Shown: positions 13,500 through 23,973 of the stretch, piece after piece
Numbering within the stretch: position 1 is the stretch's first letter
Layout: every line of letters begins with the position of its first letter
Source: Guillardia theta CCMP2712
Lineage: Eukaryota; Protista; Cryptophyta
NCBI RefSeq assembly: GCF_000315625.1
Contig: NW_005434632.1
Span: 420,899 to 484,898 of the forward strand
Length of the DNA stretch: 64,000 bases
Direction: 5' to 3'
Program-made: the position numbers and the translations under genes
The notes under the pieces: model-generated
Told to the model about the DNA's origin: nothing
What the model saw: only the letters and a program-made list of their open reading frames with translations
Databases searched by the model: none

Positions 13500-14600
13500 T
13501 GATGAATGGAAAGAATCACAGTCATTCGTAGTGTAACAAGTAAGATTCTTGAATTTACAGACAGGAAAGGGGACATCGCTCACACAATGCATCGAGAGGA
13601 CTGGGCTCTTCCATCTGAGTTTTAGATATGGTTCGAAGGTGTCATACTACTGAGGTTTCAAACTACATATAGTTGTCATACAACTATGTGGTGTTGTGAA
13701 AAAATTCATCGGCAATGAAACTCAAACGTTCGAATGAATCCATCATTTTCTACTCAGCGCATGACTCGCACAAAGAACAGAAGAATTGAAGCAAGTAGAT
13801 ATTCGTATTTCATTTTTTGCTGCAAAACTTAGAATACTGTGATGGATAGAAATCACAACACTAAATTCATCCCACAAGATCATCTTGCTCTCGTGAAATG
13901 AGAAGAGGTTGAATTCTAAAGCAATTAACGACAAAGGTTTACCAAGGTTGATATTCCTTCAGATCTCGCCAATGCTGCAAACAGGTCCATATCATCATGT
14001 TCTGCAAACTCATGCAAAATCATAAGTCAACTCTTTCTTGTACAGAAGAAACGAACTTATTCAAATACTCTTATGGACCCCAGTCAGAGCCATGAAAGCA
14101 CAAAAAGATGTTCAATGAAAAACACGCAAAGGTGAGAACAAGTTAAATCAAAACAGGATGTCGCAGTGGGCTCTGCGGCGATAGCATACCACGCTGAACA
14201 ATCACATCAGAGACCTCAAAACAGGAGAAACATGAAGACATCACCGAAAACGGCTGTTGAAAGCATTCCTGCGGGTGCAAGCTGCAATCCTTGACCAACA
14301 TGGTGAATTGTTGAGGCAGCATTCTGTCATTGGCAGCCATGACCTGCTTCATGAGAACGCCTCAGCATCTCCGCAGCATGGTTTCTTTGCGGGGCGAACA
14401 CATGAGTTGCACCAAAGGACATGGGTTTCAAGAGGAAGCAGATGTTGGTATTTCAGCAACGCAATCACATCAAGAAGGCAGGGTGTTTGAGATTGGAGCA
14501 TGCAAACTACCTTCTGAAACAGCATGCTCGTGACGTCCTTCCCTCTCTCCTCTCCCCTCCCCGATGCCATCAGCGCCGCTGCTGCCTTGGTCAAGCCCAT
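13500..14600 (-). CDS. Possible multi-exon hypothetical gene
   Basis: ATG at 14600 (MGLTKAAAALMAS) followed by short open segments with splice-like signals. I could not assemble a convincing protein. Confidence 0.25.
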
Positions 14601-14871
14601 TCCAAGCGCCTCCCAAAATATCACGGCGATGCGGGGAGGAGGGGGGCCACAACTTCTTTTAAATAACGGTTTCCATCGCTCCGTTGCAATGTCAACGATA
14701 GAAGTAACGGAAGAATCCAGGATACAGCACAAGGCATGCATGGCAACAGCGACAGTAGGAGGGAGCAGGAGGAGCTAAGAAGGAAAGGAGGAGTGGCAAG
14801 AGGCGCGGCAGTGGAAGAGGGAGCAGGGAGAGGAGCATGGGTGGAAGGAGGAGCAGGGTGAGAGGAGTATC

Positions 14872-17824
14872 GTGCCAATAGATGAGGAGAAGAAGATTGC
14901 AAGTCGAGCATGTATGAAATCGGATATAGAGACTTGGGTGCGATGCAGGAGCATGATGAAATCAGAGATCGAGGCCGGATCAGGAAAGAAACTATGTTTT
15001 TGCATGCATCGGACTCAGAAAAAGAGGGGGTGTTTAGAATGTAGCTGTGAGGAACCAAGAAGTAATCATGTGTTGTGGATTCCTTGTAACGATTCTTCAG
15101 GGCGAGGACTATCTGCATGTGAAAAGCTCACGGAGTGCATCGAGATGCAACGGAGACAGGGCGTAAGAGCCAGGCACGATGACGAAAAGAGCTCAGATCA
15201 GGACCAGGATGACGACGAGGTCATCGGAGTGAAGTACGGAGACTTTGTGCTTGTAGCTTGTGAAGAAGGGCTGCCATTCATCGCCTTCATCTGCGAGCCT
15301 AAGGCTCACATGTGCAAGGGCACTGGGACTGTCAAGGTCATGTGGCTATACAGACAAGACGACGTGGACGCCAAGGTGCTCGTAAGAGAGTCCAAGAGGC
15401 TCAAGTGTCAGGTAGGTGGAGGGGTAAATGTAGTAGGGCAGTCACGAGGGCTGCAGCTGCTGGATCGCAACCGGGAGATTTTCTGGAGTTTCCACATGGA
15501 TGAGTGCCCGTTAGAGAGCATGCTGCGCCATACGAGGGTGCTGGTGCCCTCCAAAGAGCCAGAAGGTCAGTGAAGATGAGAACATGACGAAGTTCTCCTC
15601 AACGTGCTGGCGCTCTTAGATCCGGACAAGCATGTGAAGCAAGACGAGATGATGTGCCGCTTTGTGTTTGATCCGATCAAGGAGAAGTTGTCTCATCTGA
15701 ACTCGAGTAGGGAAAACTCATGCAGCATGCTTCTCTCTGACTTGAGCCTGGTCCTTGTGCGCAGAGCACTGGAGGACCGATTTACAAAACCACATTGAGA
15801 GGGCTAAGAGCATCAACAAGTAAGTTCTCTCGTTTGCGAGCCTCTGACTTTTGGATCGACCCTGTTTCATTATCATGACTTCATGTGGCCCACCTCCCTC
15901 CCTCCCTCCCTCCCTCCCTCCCTCCCTCCCTCCCTCCCTCCCTCCCTCCCTCCCTCCCTTCTGCTGCACCTCATCCCCTCGCCCCCGGGTCGCAAATGCC
16001 TCCAATTTCTGTCTCGCTCCCTCGATTGCCCTTCCTATCTGTTCATACGCGCATCAAGGTATCCGTATGCTATGAAGTCTTCCAAGTCCAAACCCTCGAT
16101 ATTGAAGAAGCCGGCTCGTCGCGAGGATGCTGAAGAGGGGGCGAGTGGTAGCAGGTGTGGACTTGTTCGTGCGGTCAGAATGTGCGTGAAAAACTTTCAA
16201 GTGCTCAGAAGAAACCGGTGAAAGAGAGTGAAGAGAGTCGAGCGAAGGCAACGGGCCAAGCAAGTGAGTCTGCTCAAAAGGTTGCAGAGAATGCAGGGCG
16301 AGACGCAAAGTCCAGGTAAAAAGGAGGAAGGAGGAGGAGAGGAGGAGAAAAATTTCCTTCTTGTTGACATGTAGCAGGGCTGAAGCTAGGATGATCGAGG
16401 CAGCTCTTCGGGCTTCACTTCAAGAACCAACTGCAGCAAGTTCCAAGGGTAGCAGCTTACCTAAGGCGGTCAACACCAAGAAGAATCAGATAGTCCAGAA
16501 GGAGAAGAGCAGGGAGGTAGAGGCGAAGCATGTGGAAGAGAGCGTGAGGATTAATCAAAGGAGGAGGAGAATCATTGAGGAATCTGACGATGAGCTTGAC
16601 AACAAGAGGTAAGACGAAGCTCACACTTACATCTCCCCCCGGTTGACTCGGGCTTGCAGTGAGTCTAGTTCCAAGAGGCTCAAGGGGGCCAACCCGTCAG
16701 CGGCGTGGAAGCAGGAGAAGGTACAGGCAAACGTCAAGGACAGCTCCAACGTCGATCCCAAAGGCTCCCAACCCACCAGCTCCCGTGTGTGTAAGTCTGA
16801 GGAGGTAGACACGAGGCAGCACGAGCCTCCCAAACGAGGCGAAGGGGCTAAGAAGAAGGTGGGAGGCATAACCGTGCCCATCGTCAAGCTCGAGGAGGAG
16901 ATCGGCTCGTCCTCTGCTGCTTCCCCGATGCTGATGCACTCGCGGGAGAGTGCGGTACGAGGAAGGCCATGGCTGCTCTCGCGCAAGATGATCCAGGGTG
17001 GAGGGTGCGAGCGGATGGTCGCAAAGCAAGGGAACATTCTGCAAGAGCAGCTGGCTGAGGTGACGTGGCAGAGCAACCGGCCGCAGCTGATGTCCAAGGA
17101 TGCGCATGACGGAGTATCGGAGATCTTGGAGGAGACGAGGGGAGTGAGGCTAGAGGACGTGAGCGCCGTACGGAGGAGCGAGAGGGAGCATGCGAGGGAC
17201 TGGATGTTCGACAGTGAGGACCTGGGAGGAGCAGGAGGGAAGAAGCTGAAGGAGCCAACGAGGGCGGAAAGGGAGCTGAGGGAGAAGGAGCGATACCTCG
17301 GGCATCTGATAGGGAGGGAGACAGCGACGAGACTGAGGGTCAAGGAGCATGCAGTGTATCGCCTGGTGGAGGCCTTGCAAGGCGTCATCAACCAGTCCGA
17401 CCACTTCGTCGACTTCGCCTGCGGGAACAACAGGTTTGGCAGCATCCTGTGCCAGTGCTTCGGCCTGTCGTGGTCCTCCTACGACGAGGCCGTGCCGGAG
17501 GACAGGAACTACATGGGCAAGAGCTGGATGTTAGCTGGGCCCTCAGACGTCCCAGCGAACGTGGTCATAGGGATCTTCCCTCCACTGCACAAGGGACCGA
17601 TCATGTGTGAGATGTACCTGCAGCATGCTCTCCAATTTCGGCCGAGGCTCCTCGTGCTGCTCGTACCAGCCTCATGCCGCTGGTGCCCGGACAAGAGGAA
17701 GTATGAGGAGCTGATGAGGAGGAAGGGCTTCTGCAGCGAGGTGGACTTTGCTACTGAGCAGGGGCATGGAGACCTGGCTCTGCAGCGAGTGAGCCTGGAC
17801 CTCTTGATCCTCCGGCGGGTATGA
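14872..17824 (+). CDS. Chromatin protein: BAH domain + ubiquitin-interacting motif + C-terminal EDM2-like methyltransferase-fold domain
   Basis: BAH: KYGDFVLV...PFIAFI...VKVMWLYRQDDV...REIFWSFHMDECPLESMLRHTRVL...MCRFVFDP. UIM-like: EARMIEAALRASLQE. C-terminus: HFVDFACGNNRF...SYD...KSWM...VVIGIFPPL...HALQFRPRLLVLLVP. Exons can be joined by GT-AG introns; start uncertain. Confidence 0.75.
15894..15958. repeat. (CCCT)n tetranucleotide microsatellite inside an intron
   Basis: Perfect CCCT run read directly. Confidence 0.95.
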
Positions 17825-18255
17825 GAACCGAGAAGGTCAGAGAGAATGTGATAATGGAAATAGAAATCGGCGATGGCTAGAAAACTGTCCAGCACATACA
17901 GCTGGGTGACTTAAAAGCTGGGAAAGAAGTGGGGAAGGGGTGGGGGATCAGTGCTGGCATGTCCTAACTTTCCCCTCCAGCTCTTCCGGCAAATCATGAC
18001 TGCGATGACTTCATTCTTACAAGATTTCTTCATATTCGTGGCTCGTTGCTCGACGCAAAGTTAAACTCATGCTCCTGATCCTGATCCTGATCCTGATCCT
18101 GCAATTCCATACGTCAGCACATAACAACACTACTCCGGTTCCCCCTCACCTCCATCGCTTCCTGCGTTGTCAGTGAGCGGAGTAGGATTGTTCTGCAAGT
18201 TGGCATTCTGACAAAGAAAAAAACTGATCAGAGACAGGAGGCATCCACACAAAGA

Positions 18256-19250
18256 TCACGTTGGTCTGCTTCTTGAAGGCCACAATCTCCTGGCAAGGAG
18301 GGGTACCCCTACCAACTCCGTGCTTGCCGTCCTTGTCGACTGATCCGGTGCCTTATTACACAGTCAAACACACGAGGCTGTCGACAGGGAGCATTCACAG
18401 TCAGGAGAAGTCTCGTCCTTCTCAGCTTCGTCGATGATGGACCCTGCGACGATGCGTGGAGAAAGCTTGCCGTTCACTACCTGCGACCGCCGTCAGGTTG
18501 TCACACTGTTGTGCTGCTTTTCCTACAGCCATGGTGGGAGCGTTCTCGAGCTCCTTCTCATAGTTTCCTGTCACACCACTGCATGCGCGTTACTCTGAAA
18601 GTGGGCGTGACGGCAGCGCAAGATACCTGGTGATGTACTTGGATTCCGCCCTGTAGTTAGGGAGAGATCCTCGCAACCAGGCCGCCCGCTTGTCGTCCAG
18701 ACCGTCCAACACCTTCTGATACATCTTGGCACCGACCTTTCCGGTCACATCGATGTTGTCCTTGTTGGCAGCGTCAATGATGGCGTCAGCTACCGTCGCA
18801 TCGTCCGAATGTGACCCGTCAACGTTGTTGAACTCTTCCGTCATAGTCTTCTCCATGGTTGGCCCGTTGGCTCCCATGATCGCCTGTGCCTCTACCTCAT
18901 CCGTGGGAACGGAGCCAGTTATAGTGCCAGCTTGGTTGGCAGGCAGATTGTTAAGCTCATTATTGACATCGTTCTGGGCTTCATCCACCATGTTCTGGCC
19001 AACGACTATGTCTTCAAGAGCGGTACGTCTGACCTTAGAGCCGTCCTGGGTTGAGAGCGCGATGACAACGAGGCCGATCAGAATCACTGAAGTTGCGGCA
19101 GCAAAGAATTTCCTTTGGCAAACAAGTTAGTTACGCGGAGAGGAACATGCCAGAGAAAATTCCAAGGACGGTTAACAAGAAGTCGGCAAGATACGAAGAA
19201 CGATCACTATTGTTGTAGTAGAGATCATCATTATGTCATGACATGCTTTC
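18256..19250 (-). CDS. Hypothetical acidic protein with N-terminal hydrophobic anchor
   Basis: Open 165-aa exon (ILIGLVVIALS...EDIVVGQNMVDEAQND) plus downstream short exons. First exon not located. Confidence 0.45.
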
Positions 19251-19345
19251 ATCCCATCTTTCGATCATCATTTCCATCTCCACGACCTCACCAACTTAAG
19301 AACCACGTCTCTATCCATTGCGACACTCTCGTCCCATCACATTAG

Positions 19346-19595
<250 letters not shown>

Positions 19596-20591
19596 GGACA
19601 TCAGACTATCTGCATCAGTCTCGTGCATGGCAATCATCACGCTTCTCCTCTGTCGCTTCTCTCTCCTCACCTTCCATCTTTCCTTCCCCCTCGGATCTCC
19701 GCCAAGGGCGCCGTCAGGTGCTCCATTGTCATTGTCACCCGAAATAGCACTGATGACCCCTGTTACTCATCAGTACCCCGAACTGTCCATCTTCGCCTGA
19801 GCCTAGTATCATTCTATAGGATACTAGGGGCTCAGGTCCTATCCTTTGCTAGTACGGTACTACCCGATGATCCAACATTGCCGCTTCGGACCCCACCCCA
19901 CTGGGCCGGGCCCGGCCGGGCCCGGTGACTCATGAGTCAGTGAGAGAGGCCCGGCGGCGCCGCGGGGCCGGCTGCCGGCCGCGCGGGCGCTGCGGGGGGC
20001 ACTCTGAGTGACTGCAGCACTGTCCGACCGGGGCCAGGCTTGCGGAAAAAGTAATCGTACCTAACTTTGAGTAAAGACTGAGTCACTCAGTGAGTTTAGT
20101 GATACTATGATAATGCCGGCCCCCCCCCCGCCAGCCTGCCAGTCGGATACTAACCGATCATGGCACTGCCGCAGGAGCAAAACTAGCCTTGTCAGACATC
20201 CCTGAGTCAAGTCACTAGAACTTCAGGCGGCCGCCGGCCGAGTCGGAGGCTCGGAGACTGCGGCAGTGCTCAGTAATCTTTACGTGACTGAACTTTGAGT
20301 AAAAGTGACGGTGAGCCGCTCACCGTGAATCAGTATAAGAGAGAAAAAAAAAACGGCGTAGGGGGCTTCAAGTGACTTCAGGCGCGAGCCAAGGGGGCTC
20401 TAGCGCGGCCCACTAGGTCACTTTTCTTTACTCAAAGTTAAGTTAAAAATCAGTACGAGGACAATCAGGAGAGTCGAGGAGGCTTGACCCTGACACTGTC
20501 GCACAGGCCAAACGGCGAGAAGAGAAAAGACAGCGAGAACCAAACCCAATCCTGCCAACTGCTGTCCCCCAAACTTAACTGATACCTTCAC

Positions 20592-21345
20592 TTAACTGCG
20601 CGCTGGACAATACCCCCCCGCCGCCATGCCAGCGATGTCGCGGTGGCCGCCGCCGAAGGAATGAGACGCATACCGGGATGCACCCGCGATGATGGCAGCG
20701 TAGGACAGGGAGGCCTTGAGCTGACGAAAGATCCTGGACCGGATGCGTTTGCAAGTCGGATCACCTGAGACGTCTTGCGAGGCCGAGAGACCATCCAGCG
20801 CTGCCGTTTCCTTGTTCGCCGAGCGATCCGCCAGCCACCACAGAAAGCGCAACGCATCGTCCTGCAAGAGGCCATCAGTGCTGGCGATGATGGGAAGAAA
20901 GGCCTTTGGCGGGACGTGCTGAGCATATGCATTACGATGCCCTCGGATCTTCCGCTGTGCTGCCGCTTGCAGTTTGCTCCGAGCGAGGTCCGGTATTCCA
21001 TCATTGTCAAAAACATGTGACATGCTGAAGTCCAGGATTAACCCATGCCATCCGCCTCCAGTAGCCATCAGTTGTGGAAGTTCAAAGTCCCCTACATGAT
21101 GATCTTCAGGGCCATGTTGGGAAACGTTCTGCCTGGTGCCGGGTACGCCCTGCACATGGACGCGGCATCTCACTCCGGAATCTTTGATGAGGGTACTGAG
21201 GACGGCATTGCACTTCTCATGCGCATCAGTCCATAACTGGCTGCGGTGCCTGCAGGTTGCCATGTGTGTGGTCCCCCCAGGATGACGGAGAAGATGATGG
21301 CATCTATCGCAGTGCGGCGGGAGGTCAACCGGCAATCCATGAAGA
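20592..21345 (-). CDS. Zinc knuckle + restriction-like endonuclease segment of the retrotransposon, frameshifted relative to RT
   Basis: LHGLPVDLPPHCDRCHH...HMATC...AHEKC...GDFELP...ILDFSMSH...RKIRGHRNAY...FLPIIASTDG. Confidence 0.8.
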
Positions 21346-23973
21346 AAACTTGTCAGCGGCAGCCACCAAGCTGATGGGCTGCTGCTCAAAGATCCCAAGG
21401 TTTGTACTTTCCATGATCGAGTGCCAAATCGTGCGCTGAGGGGTAAACTGAGACAGAAGTTCATCAACCGGGTGGGCTGGTACTCGAAGGGGAGTAGAGA
21501 AGCTGGAGTGGTGTGCCAACAAAGATCTCTGGCGCTCAGAAAGGTGAGCCCGAATACTGCGGAACCGAGGAAACTCCGAGAGGAACTGAGCCGTGAGCTC
21601 CCGCTGGGCGGGGATGAAAAGCGCACTGCCCGACGTCCCAAATAATTCCGGCGAGGGGGTCCAGCCATTGTCGCACGCCTGAGGAAGCTCCGCCAAGGAG
21701 GTGTACGCCGAGATGCCCTGCTCCATCAAGTGCCTGTGAGTGTCTAAGAAGGCAGCCAGCATGGGGACAACATCCCCAGCGTCCGCTTGCTGCGGTTGGC
21801 GGATTCGAAGCTCAGTGTCAGAATTGATCCGGTGGAAAAGTGGCGGTGTAGGTAACATCCAATGCTGGAAGATGGCAATTTCACCCGCCCATTTGAGAAA
21901 CTTGGCAGTCGCCGACCAGAATGCGGTGTGGGCCACGCCCTCCTGCGGGGTGAACCCATCTCCTCCAGCACTATAAGGCAACTGACGTTTGAAATAGGCA
22001 AAGTGAAGGTCAGATGGAGGGGTGTCAGGGGCAGGTTGCAGGTCAGATAAACCCTCCTGTGCCTGGTTCTGTGGCCACTGAAACACCTTCGCCAGGAGAC
22101 GGAGATTCGCGACGTCAAAGCACTTGCACTGGGCAGCTGTCAAGGCCGGGGAGATTCCACGCAAGAAGTATTGGAGGGTGGGAACGTGGGTCGTTTTCAA
22201 GAGCTGCTTGAGACCCAACGCAATGGGAAATTGTTCCAACTGGGTCAATTCAGCATTGAGGGCATTCACCTTGGCAGTGATAAACTCTTGCTGGAAGGAC
22301 TGAGATCCTATCGGGATACCTCCAAGGATGATCCCCTGGCCGCGGAAGGCAAACTGCTGCAAGCCCGGGTACCTGCTGCAAATATGCTCTTGGATGGCTT
22401 GTTGCTGACTAGATTGAAGTTCGCACCAGGACGAGGAGAATATCTGCGAATCTCTGGGTTGAATCTCCAATCCTAGCTCTTGTTTTAAAGTATCAACCAG
22501 CGATGCAGTGGCCTGTGCGGCAACTGAGAGCTTTCCAATAACAGCCATGTTATCCGCATAGGCCGGGAAGACACAGTCGGGAAAGGTCTCTGCGACTTTG
22601 ACCAGGGAAGGGAAGGTGGTGTGCGCAAAGAGAGCCATCGCCAAGGGGTCCCCCTGAGAAACTCCCGTGGTGGCCGAAAAAGCCCGAGTCTCTCGCTGAT
22701 GTTTCAGAAATAACTTACCTGCCTGGCCATAATATTGATGAACATACGGAAGGACTCCTTGGGAAAAGTTTTCACAACGATGCTCGGGAGCAAGGAGGAT
22801 GTCAAATAGCCGTTGGCGAGAGATCTCATTGAAGGCATTTCTTGCGTCGATCATGATGATTACCGTGGGATCAAAATTATCAGACTCACCTTCGCCCTGG
22901 TCTGGGAATGGGTTGGCAAAAGAATAGGGTCCTAACAGGCATTCGATGGTCTTGCAGAATTTGAGGCAACCTTCCTCCAGACCCACGCAAAATTGCAGGA
23001 CCCGAGAGTGACTGAGGGTGAAGTGGCTCTCTAAAGATTTTCGGTAGAAACGACAGAAGATGCTAGACACAATCCTTCGCTCCAGGTCCCCTATCACAAT
23101 AGGTCGGATTCCGCTCTTTTCCACTGACTTGGCAGCAGGAATGAATCGCCCCCCTCTGGTGTATTCCTCGAGGAAAGCGCCCGAAGGGATTCCCAGCGCG
23201 ATCGGCTTCAATATGAGGTTAATGTATCGCTGTTTGTGATCATCATGCAGTCTGAGAATGTGTCGCAGGTGCTGGAACGGTCGCCAACCAAATTGATCAG
23301 GGGCCGAGGAAGCAGTGAATCGCCGCAGGAATTTCCCTACCTCTCGCTGATCTAAAATCTTGTCAAGCAACGAGACCGGTTCATCGGCGATGGCATCGTC
23401 GAGCTGAGCACTTAGCATTTGCCTTGAGGAGCCGACTGCGTCTAGGAGTGTTGGAGGAATGGGGTCCAGTCTCGTCGGAAATTTCTCACGAGTTTGCTGC
23501 CATAGCTGCTCAAATGGATCTGGGGAGAGGCCATGGCCCACAAGCGCCTGTCGAGCTTTCTTCATATCTCGATTTTGGTAATGCTCAACAGCCGAGAGGA
23601 TTTTCCTTTTCTCGAACTGCTCGCTCTCCATCACTGGCTGCTGCACGCCCTCTCTCGCACGGTCAGGTCCTTGTGGGCGACCTGCATTTTGACGGTTAGG
23701 TTGTTGGCGCCTACCTTGCGGTGCCCGCGGTCTCGTGCCTCGTCCCGACCCAGTTAGTCCCGCCGTGGGCTGCTGCGTGACATCCTGCGGATCTCCACCG
23801 CTGCCAACCGCTGGGCCGTCTTGGTCAAAGGAAACACCCTCTTCTAGTTTCAGCAATGTCCCCCAACGCCCTTGGAGGAAATGGTGGATACGGTAGCTCA
23901 CATCTCGGTTTTGTCGCGAGATTGCAAGAACTGGATTCACTCTCAGCAGGAGCAGTGGGAGACAATGCCACAA
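21325..23973 (-). CDS. Reverse transcriptase ORF of the retrotransposon, in frame with upstream ORF 23986..24531
   Basis: 882-aa intronless ORF carrying non-LTR RT motifs. Confidence 0.9.
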   Translation of the reverse strand: MWHCLPLLLLRVNPVLAISRQNRDVSYRIHHFLQGRWGTLLKLEEGVSFDQDGPAVGSGGDPQDVTQQPTAGLTGSGRGTRPRAPQGRRQQPNRQNAGRPQGPDRAREGVQQPVMESEQFEKRKILSAVEHYQNRDMKKARQALVGHGLSPDPFEQLWQQTREKFPTRLDPIPPTLLDAVGSSRQMLSAQLDDAIADEPVSLLDKILDQREVGKFLRRFTASSAPDQFGWRPFQHLRHILRLHDDHKQRYINLILKPIALGIPSGAFLEEYTRGGRFIPAAKSVEKSGIRPIVIGDLERRIVSSIFCRFYRKSLESHFTLSHSRVLQFCVGLEEGCLKFCKTIECLLGPYSFANPFPDQGEGESDNFDPTVIIMIDARNAFNEISRQRLFDILLAPEHRCENFSQGVLPYVHQYYGQAGKLFLKHQRETRAFSATTGVSQGDPLAMALFAHTTFPSLVKVAETFPDCVFPAYADNMAVIGKLSVAAQATASLVDTLKQELGLEIQPRDSQIFSSSWCELQSSQQQAIQEHICSRYPGLQQFAFRGQGIILGGIPIGSQSFQQEFITAKVNALNAELTQLEQFPIALGLKQLLKTTHVPTLQYFLRGISPALTAAQCKCFDVANLRLLAKVFQWPQNQAQEGLSDLQPAPDTPPSDLHFAYFKRQLPYSAGGDGFTPQEGVAHTAFWSATAKFLKWAGEIAIFQHWMLPTPPLFHRINSDTELRIRQPQQADAGDVVPMLAAFLDTHRHLMEQGISAYTSLAELPQACDNGWTPSPELFGTSGSALFIPAQRELTAQFLSEFPRFRSIRAHLSERQRSLLAHHSSFSTPLRVPAHPVDELLSQFTPQRTIWHSIMESTNLGIFEQQPISLVAAADKFSSWIAG

